Under the pieces are notes generated by a model, which searched no databases, was not told the DNA's origin, and saw nothing but the letters and a program-made list of their open reading frames with translations. Source: a virus. Taken from it: a DNA stretch of 64,000 nucleotides. Made by a program: the position numbers and the translations under genes. This document shows, in pieces, positions 28,474-37,946 of the stretch (position 1 is its first letter; the number at the start of each line of letters is the position of its first letter). The DNA lies in IMG/VR virus record IMGVR_UViG_3300031576_000025, positions 18,219 through 82,218 of that record; one strand, written 5' to 3'.

Positions 28474-28502
28474 CTTGACAATTACCAGTAACAGGCTATA
28501 CT
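28474..28502 (+). promoter_or_regulatory. Rightward early promoter TTGACA-16-TATACT
   Basis: Consensus hexamers; spacer contains TTACCAGTAA. Confidence 0.85.
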
Positions 28503-28553
28503 TCGGGTATGGAAGCGAACGCCGCGGGCAAGGCCAGCGGAAAGGGGGCGAAC

Positions 28554-29819
28554 ATGGACGACGCGAAGAAGCTGGAAACGCTGGGCGAGATGTCGCACAG
28601 CGCGTGGTCGGGCCGCGGCACGTTGCAGCAGTTGGTGGACGAGCTGAAGCGGCAGGCGGCCAGCAAGGTGGATTTCGTGGCCGACACGCGCAGCCTGCGC
28701 GTGGACGCCGTGGCCGCGGTCCCCGCGGTGACGGAGGGCAAGAAGGTTGTCACGGTCGGGAAGCCCGGCAGCCTGCGCTTGGCCCCCGCGGACCTGCGCA
28801 CGGGCGAATGGCTGCCGAAGGCGGGCCTGGGCATCCGGCCCAACGCCTTGGAGCAGCTGGGCCAGGCGCAGAACCCCGGAATCCCCGGCGGCTTCCTAAA
28901 GGACCTGGCGGGACTTCGCCCGGCCCGCGCCGCCGACCTCCTGAACGGGCTCATGGCCGACGGCCCCAGCCGCCGGTTCATCCGCTGCCTGGACGGCAGC
29001 GTGCGCGCCGCCATGTCCGACCGCTACCGCGTGCTGGACAGCCTGGACATCGCCTTTCCCACCCTGGAAGCGGCGCGTTCCGTGGGCGCGGAGGTGCTGG
29101 AAGCCAACCTGTCGGAAACCCACATGCGCCTGAAGCTCATCTGCCGCAACGTGTGGGACGCCGTAGAAATGCGCCGCCAGCAGGGCGGCAGCTGGTACGC
29201 GGGCGGCCTGGGGAACCAGGACTACCTGCGCCACGTGTCCGCCAGGTCCGAGGGCGACCTGCCCGGCGGGCCCGGCACGGTGTACCCCGTCGTCACGGTG
29301 TCCAACAGCGAAACCGGAAACGGCGGCTTCAACGTCCGCATCGGCATCATGATGGGCATTTGCTTCAACCTGGCCACCGTCGAGGACGTGGTGGCGCGGG
29401 TCCACCTGGGCGAACGCCTGGACACCGGCATCTTCAGCGCGCAGACCATGGGCCTGGAGTCCAAGGTCATCCTCGCCAAGGCCCGGGACGCGGTGGTGGC
29501 GGCCTTCAACAAGGACGCCTTCGGCCGCATCGTGGCCGCGGCCCGCAAGGCGCAGGGGGACGCGGTGCAGGCCCCCACGGCGGCGGTGCAGAACGTGGTC
29601 AAGGCGGCCGGGCTGTCCGACAACGCCAAGGACGCCATCCTGGAGCACTTCCTGCGGGATTACGACCAGTCCCGCTTCGGGCTCGCCCAGGCCGTGTCCC
29701 GCCACGCGCAGGACACGCAGGACCCGAACACCGCGGACACGCTGGAGTCCCTGGCCGGGGACCTGCTGCGCGGCGGCAACAAGTATGCGCACGCCGCGCT
29801 GAACGCGGCGGCCAAGTAG
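28554..29819 (+). CDS. DUF932-like protein
   Basis: R.FIR.LDG.VRA.MSDRY..LD, VSNSETG.G, C.N motifs; ATG 28554 after AGGGGG. Confidence 0.75.
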   Translation: MDDAKKLETLGEMSHSAWSGRGTLQQLVDELKRQAASKVDFVADTRSLRVDAVAAVPAVTEGKKVVTVGKPGSLRLAPADLRTGEWLPKAGLGIRPNALEQLGQAQNPGIPGGFLKDLAGLRPARAADLLNGLMADGPSRRFIRCLDGSVRAAMSDRYRVLDSLDIAFPTLEAARSVGAEVLEANLSETHMRLKLICRNVWDAVEMRRQQGGSWYAGGLGNQDYLRHVSARSEGDLPGGPGTVYPVVTVSNSETGNGGFNVRIGIMMGICFNLATVEDVVARVHLGERLDTGIFSAQTMGLESKVILAKARDAVVAAFNKDAFGRIVAAARKAQGDAVQAPTAAVQNVVKAAGLSDNAKDAILEHFLRDYDQSRFGLAQAVSRHAQDTQDPNTADTLESLAGDLLRGGNKYAHAALNAAAK

Positions 29820-29830
29820 CCGGGCTGGCG

Positions 29831-29856
29831 GCGGGGCCCCTAGAACGGGGCCCCGC
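29831..29856 (+). terminator. Perfect 10-bp hairpin after DUF932 (no U-tract)
   Basis: GCGGGGCCCC-tagaac-GGGGCCCCGC. Confidence 0.45.
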
Positions 29857-29919
29857 CTGCACAGCCGGACGCCTGCGACGGGGGGCGGGCGTCCAGCCGG
29901 GCAGGCCCAGGGGGACGAC

Positions 29920-30138
29920 ATGGCGCTCAAGGCGGGTGACGTGGTGCGCAGGGCGGCGCGGGCAGGGGACACCCTGGTGCCGTTGCTGGTGTACGGGCTG
30001 GTGGCGGACGACAGCGGCAGGCTGCGCGCGGAGTTGTTTATTCGCCTGCCGGGAGGCGCGCCCGGGTCCTGGGCCGGGTGCCTGTCGCTGCGCAGACTTC
30101 GGCCCTGGGACACCGCGAAGGACGGGCCGCTGGCATGA
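29920..30138 (+). CDS. Hypothetical protein
   Basis: RBS and ATGA coupling. Confidence 0.55.
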   Translation: MALKAGDVVRRAARAGDTLVPLLVYGLVADDSGRLRAELFIRLPGGAPGSWAGCLSLRRLRPWDTAKDGPLA

Positions 30139-30518
30139 AGCCGCGCACCAGGACATACGGGCCCGGGTGGGACGGGACCAGCAGAACCGAGCATTACGTC
30201 TGGCTGGACCGGGCCGGTCAGTCAACAACCTGGTCCGGCACGCGCTGGGCCATGATTCCTTTGCAGGTACGCCGCGCGCTGGTCCCGGTGCTGCCTATCC
30301 CTAATACGAACCACGGAAAGCGGCTTGTCAAGGTGGTGCTGACCGTGACCGAAGCGCGCGAGCTGCTGGGCGTTGCTGGCAATGGCTACATGGACGGGGA
30401 TTACTACCAGTTGAACAACGAAGGCCACCCGCCGACGGCAGAACAGAAGGCCGCGAACGAAGTATACAGCAGGGCGGAATCCAAGCTGCGCGCGGCCACC
30501 AACGGGACGGCACCATGA
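30135..30518 (+). CDS. Hypothetical protein
   Basis: ATGA-coupled at both ends. Confidence 0.55.
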   Translation: MKPRTRTYGPGWDGTSRTEHYVWLDRAGQSTTWSGTRWAMIPLQVRRALVPVLPIPNTNHGKRLVKVVLTVTEARELLGVAGNGYMDGDYYQLNNEGHPPTAEQKAANEVYSRAESKLRAATNGTAP

Positions 30519-30919
30519 GCGCAGCCACGGACGCGCTGGACCGCCTGTACAGCAAGCTGCCGCGGCTGGACTGCCAGGGCAAGTGTCAACAGTCCTGCGG
30601 CCCCATTGCCATGGGCCAGGCCGAACTCGCGCGGCTGACCAAGCGGCTGGGCTACGTGCCGCGGTGGCCGGGCGTGGTGGCGGCCGTGACGCTGGCGGTG
30701 CTGGGGGCGGAAAAGGCCCTGACCTGCCCACTGCTGGATAAGGGCACCGGGCGCTGCACCGTGTACGCCATCCGGCCCATGCTGTGCCGCCTATGGGGCC
30801 TGGTGCGCGCCATGGCGTGCCCATGGGGGTGCGTGCCTACGCGCTGGCTGACGGACGACGAGGCCACGGCGCTGCTGGGCGCGGCCAGGCGGGTGGTGCC
30901 GGACGGGGGCGGGGCGTGA
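30515..30919 (+). CDS. YkgJ-family (CxxCxxCC-like) Fe-S/Zn cluster protein
   Basis: C.GKC..SCG, CPLL....RC.VY..RP.LCR. Confidence 0.85.
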   Translation: MSAATDALDRLYSKLPRLDCQGKCQQSCGPIAMGQAELARLTKRLGYVPRWPGVVAAVTLAVLGAEKALTCPLLDKGTGRCTVYAIRPMLCRLWGLVRAMACPWGCVPTRWLTDDEATALLGAARRVVPDGGGA

Positions 30920-31049
30920 CCGCCAAGCCCGAGGTGTCCTGGCTGGCCAGGCTGGTGTGCTGGTGGCGCGGGTGCAGCCGCTACTTTATCGAGCAGCCGG
31001 ACCCTGACCACTGGTGGGTCAGGTGCAGGCGGTGTGGGCGGGTAAGCTG

Positions 31050-31247
31050 ATGGGGAAACGGCAGCGGCGGCGGCTGAGCGCGAACAGGCTGCGGCGCGGC
31101 CGGGAAGCCGTGCTGGCAGCCATGCGCGCGCCTGAACCACCGGCGGCGGTGAAGCCGGACTGTACGCTGTGCGGCAAGCCAATGGACAGGCGGGGTGAAC
31201 TTCCGTGGCACCGGCCGTGCGGGTTGGAAAACGGGGTGGAATTTTAG
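31050..31247 (+). CDS. Arg-rich Zn-finger microprotein
   Basis: MGKRQRRRLSANRLRR; CTLC..H.PC. Confidence 0.55.
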   Translation: MGKRQRRRLSANRLRRGREAVLAAMRAPEPPAAVKPDCTLCGKPMDRRGELPWHRPCGLENGVEF

Positions 31248-31255
31248 GGGGGCGC

Positions 31256-32134
31256 GTGGCAAAGGAACACTTCAAGGATTGGGACCCCAGCGACGGTTCG
31301 CAGGACCGTCTGGAAAAGGTGCTGGACGTGCTGGCCCAGTACGCGGGCATGGACCTGCGCATTACGCTGCGCCAGCTTTTCTACCAGCTGGTATCCAAAA
31401 ACTTCATCGCCAACAAGCAGCGCGAATACAAGAACCTTGGCGAGCTGCTGTCGCGGGCGCGGCTGGCCGGGTTGGTGGACTGGGGGGCCATCGAGGACCG
31501 CATCCGGCAGCCGGACAAGCACGCCGAATGGGCCGACATCCCCGACCTGGTGGAATCTGCCGTGTCGTCCTTCCGCCTGCCGCGCTGGTCTGACCAGGAA
31601 TGCTGCGTGGAACTGTGGTGCGAAAAGGACGCGCTGACCAGCGTGCTGGAACCTATCACGAACGCGCTGCACGTCACCTTGATGGTGAACCGCGGCTACA
31701 GCAGCCAATCGGCCATGTACGAAGCGGCGCAGCGGTGGGCGCGCTCCGCGGACGACGGCAAGAAAAACATCCTGCTGTACCTGGGGGACTTCGACCCGTC
31801 CGGGCAGGACATGGTGCGCGACGTGCGCGACCGTCTGGCCATGTTCGGGCAGGAAGTGGACGTGCGCAAGCTGGCGCTGAACCCCGACCAGGTGGCGCGT
31901 TACGGGCTGCCGCCCAATCCGGCCAAGCTGACGGACAGCCGCGCCGCAGGATTCGTTGCGAAGCACGGCGGCAGCAGCTACGAGGTGGACGCGCTGCCGC
32001 CGGATGTGCTGGCGCAACTGGTGCGCGGGGCAATCGAGGACACCATGGACATGAAGCTGTACGCCGCCTGGCGGGCCCAGGAAAAGGTGCTGAAGGCCAA
32101 GCTGGTGGCGGTGGCGAAGGCTACGAAGTGGTGA
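31256..32134 (+). CDS. Toprim-domain protein (TopoVI-A/Spo11-like, DUF2399-related)
   Basis: TLRQLFYQLV, ELWCEKDAL, RGYSS, LYLGDFDPSG, EVDAL. Confidence 0.8.
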   Translation: MAKEHFKDWDPSDGSQDRLEKVLDVLAQYAGMDLRITLRQLFYQLVSKNFIANKQREYKNLGELLSRARLAGLVDWGAIEDRIRQPDKHAEWADIPDLVESAVSSFRLPRWSDQECCVELWCEKDALTSVLEPITNALHVTLMVNRGYSSQSAMYEAAQRWARSADDGKKNILLYLGDFDPSGQDMVRDVRDRLAMFGQEVDVRKLALNPDQVARYGLPPNPAKLTDSRAAGFVAKHGGSSYEVDALPPDVLAQLVRGAIEDTMDMKLYAAWRAQEKVLKAKLVAVAKATKW

Positions 32135-32322
32135 CCGACGACGGCGGCGCGCAGCCGCCACGCCAGCGGCGGCACAGCTGGCGCTACGCTAGGGTGTGGG
32201 ACTCCCGCTATGGCTGCCACCGCTTGACGTGGCAGGCCACCTGCCGCGCGTGCGGACTGACCATGTGGCGCAAGCATTTGCAGGGCCGTGGGCCGGGCGA
32301 GCCATGCCCCGGGTGGGTCTAA
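32131..32322 (+). CDS. Cys/His microprotein
   Basis: GTGA-coupled; H.W..CRACG..CPG. Confidence 0.5.
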   Translation: MTDDGGAQPPRQRRHSWRYARVWDSRYGCHRLTWQATCRACGLTMWRKHLQGRGPGEPCPGWV

Positions 32323-32352
32323 AGACCCGGGCCGCATGGGTCCTTGTGGGCC

Positions 32353-32380
32353 TTGCGCTTTACTGGTAGAAGGCTAAACT
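32353..32380 (+). promoter_or_regulatory. Early-type promoter TTGCGC-16-TAAACT
   Basis: Spacer TTACTGGTA (operator in reverse orientation); CAAGG leader hairpin follows. Confidence 0.6.
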
Positions 32381-32421
32381 GTGGGTGTGTGGCGGGCAAG
32401 GTCCGCCGGGGGGAAGCTGGA

Positions 32422-32643
32422 ATGGACGCTATTGGCGCGGTGTTCGACGTGGTACGGAAGGACTGGCGCGCGTACTTCGGCGCGCCGGTGCGGTCCATGA
32501 CGCTGCGCGCGGCGGCTTGCGCACGGGAACTGCTGTGCCCCCGGTGCAAGGTGGCCATGTCCGGGCTGACGCACGCCGGGCTGCTGGGCGCGGAATGTCG
32601 CACCTGCCGCAGCGTGTTTATTCAGCCGGTTGGGACGGCCTGA
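32422..32643 (+). CDS. Zn-ribbon microprotein
   Basis: CPRC..CRTC. Confidence 0.6.
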   Translation: MDAIGAVFDVVRKDWRAYFGAPVRSMTLRAAACARELLCPRCKVAMSGLTHAGLLGAECRTCRSVFIQPVGTA

Positions 32644-32650
32644 CGGCGGC

Positions 32651-32680
32651 TTGACTTGGGCTAGTAACCTGCTGTACCAT
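32651..32680 (+). promoter_or_regulatory. Promoter TTGACT-18-TACCAT
   Basis: Spacer has GGCTAGTAA; upstream of the HTH gene. Confidence 0.6.
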
Positions 32681-32718
32681 GGGTGCAGCGGGACAACACA
32701 AAGGACGGAGGACTGGCG

Positions 32719-32952
32719 ATGGCAAAGACGGCGAAGCACGAGTACACAACGGCGCAGCGCAAGCGCGGGAAGGAATTTCTGGACTGGCTGAACGGCAAGG
32801 GCTGGACGCAGGATTCCTTCGCCCGCGACACCGGCATAAGCGTGGACACCATCCGCAAGTGGTGCGGCGGCACCGACCCGGACAACATGGCCCGCATCGT
32901 CCTGCGCAACCGCTGCCCCGACTGCCCGCTGCTGGTCCAGAAGGTCGCCTAG
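32719..32952 (+). CDS. Cro/XRE-like HTH regulator
   Basis: GGAGG RBS; GWTQDSFARDTGISVDTIRKW..G HTH. Confidence 0.8.
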   Translation: MAKTAKHEYTTAQRKRGKEFLDWLNGKGWTQDSFARDTGISVDTIRKWCGGTDPDNMARIVLRNRCPDCPLLVQKVA

Positions 32953-32995
32953 ACCAAGGAACCAGTGCCGCAGTCCAGCAGCGCCACCACAGGAC

Positions 32996-33038
32996 CGGCG
33001 CGCCCGCGTGACCATAAGCGGGCGCGTACCGTTTTTTT
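32996..33038 (+). terminator. Rho-independent terminator
   Basis: CGCGCCCGC/GCGGGCGCG stem followed by T7. Confidence 0.75.
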
Positions 33039-33071
33039 GCCACCCCTGACCAACCAAAGGAGAACCCGACA

Positions 33072-34034
33072 ATGGGCGAAGAACTAGAGACAGCGCCGGA
33101 ACAGCAATTGGAAACGGTGCCCACGGACAAGGCACCCATGACGTTCAACGAGGACCGCATCAACGCGCTGATTCACCTAGCCGAACGCAGCGAAGTGCTG
33201 GGCAAGGCGCTGGACACGCTGCGCGCGTTCGTGCTGAAGCGCGCGCTGCCCGGCGACTGGGTGAAGTTCGCGCAGGAAGGCGGGGACGCCTACCTCGAAA
33301 TGGGCAGCGCCGGGGCCGACCGTATCGCCGCCGTGCTGGGGATTTCCTTCACTGGCTGGTCCAGCGAAAAGGTGCTGGGCAGCGACGACTACGGGGCCAA
33401 GTTCGATTGGTGGTACCGCTGCAACGTCCACTTCCAGGGCCGCACCATCGAAGGCATCGAAGGCCGCTGCGGCAGCCGGGACAAGTTCTTTGGGTTCAGC
33501 CATGGGACCTGGAAAGACCTAAAGGACGTGCGCGAAACGGACATCCGCACGGCCGCCCGCCGCAACGCCATGAAGGAAGGCGTCAAGGTCATGCTGGGCA
33601 TTCGGCGTCTGCCCATGCAGGACGCCATCAAGATGGGCCTGCCCGCGGACGTAATCAAGGGCCACACCTTCGCCAACAAGGCCGACCACGGCGGCACGCA
33701 GGCCGCGGCTGCCGGGGCCGCGGCGGGGTCCGGCGGCGGCAGCGCGGGGACCATGGAAGCCACCGAAGTGGTGGTGGACGTGACGAACAAGACGGGCGGA
33801 ACGCCCACGAAGCCATGGACCAAGTTCTTCATCAGGACCATGGGCGGCACCGTCTACAACACGTTCGATAAGGACTTCGCGCAGGCGGCCAAGGACGTGA
33901 AGGGCACCGGCCAGAAAGTCCTTATCAGCTTCATCGTGAACCAGTACGGCAGCGAGGTCAAGTCGCTGAAGGCCGCGCCGGACAAGCCCGCGGGGGCCCC
34001 GGCCCAGGGCACGCTGCCGGGGACCGAAGCGTGA
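33072..34034 (+). CDS. Putative ssDNA-annealing protein with C-terminal OB-like domain
   Basis: AAGGAG RBS; paired with an exonuclease; A..NA.K.GV...LGI helix resembling Rad52/ERF-type proteins. Confidence 0.55.
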   Translation: MGEELETAPEQQLETVPTDKAPMTFNEDRINALIHLAERSEVLGKALDTLRAFVLKRALPGDWVKFAQEGGDAYLEMGSAGADRIAAVLGISFTGWSSEKVLGSDDYGAKFDWWYRCNVHFQGRTIEGIEGRCGSRDKFFGFSHGTWKDLKDVRETDIRTAARRNAMKEGVKVMLGIRRLPMQDAIKMGLPADVIKGHTFANKADHGGTQAAAAGAAAGSGGGSAGTMEATEVVVDVTNKTGGTPTKPWTKFFIRTMGGTVYNTFDKDFAQAAKDVKGTGQKVLISFIVNQYGSEVKSLKAAPDKPAGAPAQGTLPGTEA

Positions 34035-35065
34035 CCGACGCAGCCGCGCAGCCAGGCGCGGCAACAGAAGCCGACCCCGCCACCACGGCGCTTTCCGTGG
34101 TGGCGGCGTTGGCGGCTGAAATCGAAACCAAGCGCAACGCCATGCTGCTGGCGACAATCACCAATCGCCCCAAGCAGAACAGCTGGGCCAGCCAGGTGTC
34201 CGCCTGCAACCGCCAAAACGTCTACAGCATCCTGAACTGGGAGGACCGGAAGCTGCACGACATACGCCTAGCGGCGCGGTTCAAGGCTGGCAACGACCAG
34301 GAAAGGATTATCCTGCGCGAACTGAACGAACTGGGCTTCGACGTTGTGGAAGGGCAGGCCACGCTGCCCACCGACATGACGGCCGCCTACCGGGTGTCCG
34401 GCCGGATTGACGGGAAGCTGCGCTACATGGGGCACCGAATCCCTTTTGAAGTGAAGTCCTGCCACCCGCGGATTTTCGCCAAGCTGGAAAGAATGTCCAA
34501 CGCCGACGCGCTGGCGTTCATTTCCGCAGACCGCTACATATCCTCCCACCTTAAGCAGTTCAGCCTGTACCTGTTCGGGCACAACGAGGAAGCGGGGCTG
34601 CTGCTGTACACGGACTGCATGGGCCATTGGAAGCTGGTCACGGTCACGCTGAACTACGCGCTGGCCGAATCCGTGCTGGACCAGCTGGACCTGGTGAAGC
34701 GGTACGTGGAGGCCAAGGAATTGCCAGACCGGATTCCTTACGACGAGGACCTGTGCGGCGGGTGCAGCTTCCTGCATATTTGCCTGCCGGACGTGGTGCG
34801 CGCGGAAACGCAGCTGGTGGACGACCCGGCCACGGTGGTTGCGCTTGACCGCCGCGCGCAGCTTTCCGCGCCCGCCGACGAATACGAGGAACTGGACAAG
34901 GCGCTGAAGGAAAAATACCGCGGGACGACGCGGAAGATTTTGGGCGGGAAGTGGGTGGTGGAATCCAAGGAAGTGCTGGTGAAGGGCAAGCCGCAGTGGC
35001 GCACGACGTTCAAGGTTCTGGACCAGCAGGAAACGGCGGAAGCCGCGGACGCGCAGCAGGGATAG
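34031..35065 (+). CDS. Cas4-like PD-(D/E)XK exonuclease
   Basis: AS....C.R, SGRIDG, FEVKS, Q...Y, CGGCSF...C. Confidence 0.85.
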   Translation: MTDAAAQPGAATEADPATTALSVVAALAAEIETKRNAMLLATITNRPKQNSWASQVSACNRQNVYSILNWEDRKLHDIRLAARFKAGNDQERIILRELNELGFDVVEGQATLPTDMTAAYRVSGRIDGKLRYMGHRIPFEVKSCHPRIFAKLERMSNADALAFISADRYISSHLKQFSLYLFGHNEEAGLLLYTDCMGHWKLVTVTLNYALAESVLDQLDLVKRYVEAKELPDRIPYDEDLCGGCSFLHICLPDVVRAETQLVDDPATVVALDRRAQLSAPADEYEELDKALKEKYRGTTRKILGGKWVVESKEVLVKGKPQWRTTFKVLDQQETAEAADAQQG

Positions 35066-35155
35066 CCGCGGTCTTTCGGCGGCCTGGCCGCCAGTGGACC
35101 GCGGACGTGCGGTGGCAGCAAGGCTGCCGCCTTGGACGCAGCAACGGAGGAGTTC

Positions 35156-35887
35156 ATGTGGCAAGACAGAATAACCGTGGAAGTCGGGTACCCACGCCAC
35201 CCCAAAACAATCACCCTGATTCAACGTCTTGGAAACGGTGCCGACGCCATACCCGTCCGGCTTTGGTGCTGGGCGGCCGAGTTCAAACCACAGCATGGAA
35301 AGCTGGGGAACCTGGACATGGACCCCAGCGAGGTGGAATCGCTGGTGGATTGGTGGGGGGAACCGGGGGCGTGCTTCAACGCCATGCTGGGGCTGTTCAT
35401 TGACCGCAACGAGGACGGCTTCTACCTGCACGACTGGGGCGGACATCGGGGCCACGTCACGACCTACCACGAGCGCGCGAAGGTGGCGGCCAATACGCGC
35501 TGGGCGCGCCACAAAGCCATGAAGGCAGCCAAAGAAGAACGCGCCGCGGCCGGGCGCAAGGCTTCGCAGCCAGCGATAGACCTAGTGGACCGCCTGGTTG
35601 GGCTCATGCTGAAGAACGACCCCAATGCGCGCGTGCCTGGCAAACCGGCGGCATGGCAGCAGGATGCCGAAAAGCTGCTGACGACGGACGGCCGCGGCGC
35701 GAAGGAAGCAACCGCGGTTCTGGAATGGTGCCAGCGGTCAACCTTCTGGCGCAGCAATATCCTCAGCATGGGCAAGTTCCGCGCCAAGTATTCGCAGCTA
35801 TTGCTGCGGATGCAGGACGAGGGGAAGGAATCGGTAAATGGTCCCGTTGGGTCAGCAGCCCCGGTGGCGGGCAAGTATGCCAAGTGA
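35156..35887 (+). CDS. Replication initiator protein
   Basis: HPK...L, LHDW, C-terminal FW.SNILS..KFR.KY.QL; upstream of DnaC. Confidence 0.75.
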   Translation: MWQDRITVEVGYPRHPKTITLIQRLGNGADAIPVRLWCWAAEFKPQHGKLGNLDMDPSEVESLVDWWGEPGACFNAMLGLFIDRNEDGFYLHDWGGHRGHVTTYHERAKVAANTRWARHKAMKAAKEERAAAGRKASQPAIDLVDRLVGLMLKNDPNARVPGKPAAWQQDAEKLLTTDGRGAKEATAVLEWCQRSTFWRSNILSMGKFRAKYSQLLLRMQDEGKESVNGPVGSAAPVAGKYAK

Positions 35888-36608
35888 AACCGGGGACCTG
35901 AAGGCCGCTGGGGACTGCCTCCCGGAAGATGCGCTGACGGCGCAGCCGGACGCGGTGGCGGTGGAATGCGGAGCGTGCGGCTACCCGTTGCGGGTCGGCG
36001 TGTGCGAAAAGTGCGCCGAAGATAAGGACAAGGAACTGGCCGCGCAGCGGCAGCACATGGCCGACCTTGGCGGGCAACGTCCGTACAATTCCTTCACGCT
36101 GGACAAGTACCTGGTGACGGCGACGAACCGCGCGGTGGTTGACGCGCTGCGCGCCTTCGACCCGGCCAAGGACAACTTCTACCTGCTTGGCCCGACCGGC
36201 ACAGGGAAGTCCCACCTGGCCGTTGCCGTCGCCCGCCTGTTCTGGCCAAAGCTGCGCCCGCTGGTGCGCAAGCCCACCGAAGTGACCCGCGAAGCGCGGC
36301 CGAACGGGCGGCCGGGGACCAGCACCGAAGCCGACACGATAGGCAAGTATGCGCGCTGCCGCGTGCTGGTGCTGGACGACCTGGGCGTGGAACGGGACAG
36401 CCAATTCACCCACCAGGTCTTTTACGAAATCATCGAGGGCCGCTGCCTTGCCGAACGAAACGGCCTAATCCTGACCAGCAACCTGGGCCTAAACGACCTG
36501 GCCAAGAAGCTGGGCGACGACCGCATAACGTCCCGATTGAACGGGCTGTGCAAGCTGCTGGACCTGACCGGGGAACCGGACAGGCGCGCGGCGTGGCAGG
36601 CGACGTGA
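35877..36608 (+). CDS. DnaC/IstB-like helicase loader ATPase
   Basis: GPTGTGKSHLA, LVLDDLG.E, LTSN, DRITSRL. Confidence 0.9.
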   Translation: MPSETGDLKAAGDCLPEDALTAQPDAVAVECGACGYPLRVGVCEKCAEDKDKELAAQRQHMADLGGQRPYNSFTLDKYLVTATNRAVVDALRAFDPAKDNFYLLGPTGTGKSHLAVAVARLFWPKLRPLVRKPTEVTREARPNGRPGTSTEADTIGKYARCRVLVLDDLGVERDSQFTHQVFYEIIEGRCLAERNGLILTSNLGLNDLAKKLGDDRITSRLNGLCKLLDLTGEPDRRAAWQAT

Positions 36609-36805
36609 ATGCGGTTGCCAGCTGGATAAATCGGGACGGCAGCATGACCGTGCTGTGCATCGGCTGCGGGTTGACCGCCAAGGTTCTGAAACCAGTGCTT
36701 GACGCCATGCCGGACCAGGCCGCGCCGTTCGGGCCTGGGGAATTTGACCACGCTTGCAGGGCTGTGCTGCCAGGTTCCGGGCGGCCTGGGGGCAGCAATG
36801 GGTGA
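36605..36805 (+). CDS. Microprotein
   Basis: Overlap-coupled; CIGC..H.C. Confidence 0.5.
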   Translation: MNAVASWINRDGSMTVLCIGCGLTAKVLKPVLDAMPDQAAPFGPGEFDHACRAVLPGSGRPGGSNG

Positions 36806-37946
36806 CCAATCCAGCATCGAATGGACGGACGCAAGCTGGATGCCGGTGCGCGGCTGCGTGCGCGTAAGCCCTGGGTGCGTGAACTGCTATGCCGAACGCA
36901 TGGCCGCCACGCGGCTGGCGCACACCGACGCCTACCGGGGGCTGGCGGCCATGACCAAGGACGGTCCACGGTGGACCGGGGAAGTGCGCCTGTCCCCGGG
37001 GGAACTGGACCAGCCTATCAGGTGGACGCGCCCGCGCAAGATTTTCGTTTGCAGCATGGCAGACCTTTTCCACAAGGACGTGCCGGACGATTACCTGGAC
37101 AAAGTCTTTGCGGCGGCGGCCTTGGCCCCCCAGCACGTGTTCCAAATCTTGACCAAGCGGGCCGAACGCCTGCCGGAATACTTCAACGCGGAAGGCCGCC
37201 GGGGCGCGGTGTGCAGCGACGGCGTGGCCGCGCTGGGCTATGACGGCGAAGCACAGGAAGCCGCCTACGCCAACGTGGAAGCCGGGGGCGGGTGGCCGCC
37301 GCAGAACGTGTGGGTTGGGGTGTCGGCGGAGGACCAGGACAACGCGGTGCGACGGATTGCCCTGCTGACGCAGACCAAGGCCCAGGTGCGCTGGGTGTCC
37401 GCAGAACCGCTGCTGGGCCCGGTGGACCTGTCGCCGTGGCTGTGGGGCCCCAAGACACTTGGGCTTGGCGGCGTGCCGCGCAGCGGCCTTCTGCACTGGG
37501 TAGTGGCTGGCGGGGAATCCGGGCCCGGGTCACGACCCATGCACCCGGCCTGGGCGAAGCTGCTGCGCGACCAATGCCAGGACGCTGGGGTGGCCTATTT
37601 CTTCAAGCAGTGGGGGGCCTGGACGCCGGAGGTTCCGAACGGCGCGCCCTACACGTCCCTGGCGCTGTTCAATCAGAATGAGAACGGGGACAAGCCCATC
37701 CTGATAAAGAACCTGGAAGCGGACAGGCGGGCTGACTGGACCGAAGGACAGGCGGACGACACGCTTATGTTCCACGCGAACAAGAAGGCCACCGGCCGTG
37801 TGCTGGAAGGACGGACCTGGGACGAATACCCGGCCATGAAGTGCATTCACTGCGCACAGCCAGCGCAGCCAGGGACGACGCTGTGCGGCCCGGCCTGCTT
37901 GTCGCAATGGCAGGCCGACCGGCGGGAGGCGGCGCGTGCTGACTAG
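36798..37946 (+). CDS. Phage Gp37/Gp68 (DUF5131) protein with C-terminal Zn-finger extension
   Basis: SIEWTD.SW.PV.GC..VSPGC.NCYA, FV.SM.DLFH, LTKR, SAEPLLG, GGESG, FFKQWG. Confidence 0.92.
   Translation: MGDQSSIEWTDASWMPVRGCVRVSPGCVNCYAERMAATRLAHTDAYRGLAAMTKDGPRWTGEVRLSPGELDQPIRWTRPRKIFVCSMADLFHKDVPDDYLDKVFAAAALAPQHVFQILTKRAERLPEYFNAEGRRGAVCSDGVAALGYDGEAQEAAYANVEAGGGWPPQNVWVGVSAEDQDNAVRRIALLTQTKAQVRWVSAEPLLGPVDLSPWLWGPKTLGLGGVPRSGLLHWVVAGGESGPGSRPMHPAWAKLLRDQCQDAGVAYFFKQWGAWTPEVPNGAPYTSLALFNQNENGDKPILIKNLEADRRADWTEGQADDTLMFHANKKATGRVLEGRTWDEYPAMKCIHCAQPAQPGTTLCGPACLSQWQADRREAARAD

Noticed and set aside
28475-30304. 609-aa ORF from the track
   Set aside because: Starts inside the promoter and overlaps DUF932 out of frame; Arg/Gly/Pro-rich shadow
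31256-32134. Wadjet (JetD) defence system
   Set aside because: No jetABC/SMC genes nearby
34031-35065. CRISPR-associated cas4
   Set aside because: No other cas genes or array; context is a phage recombination module
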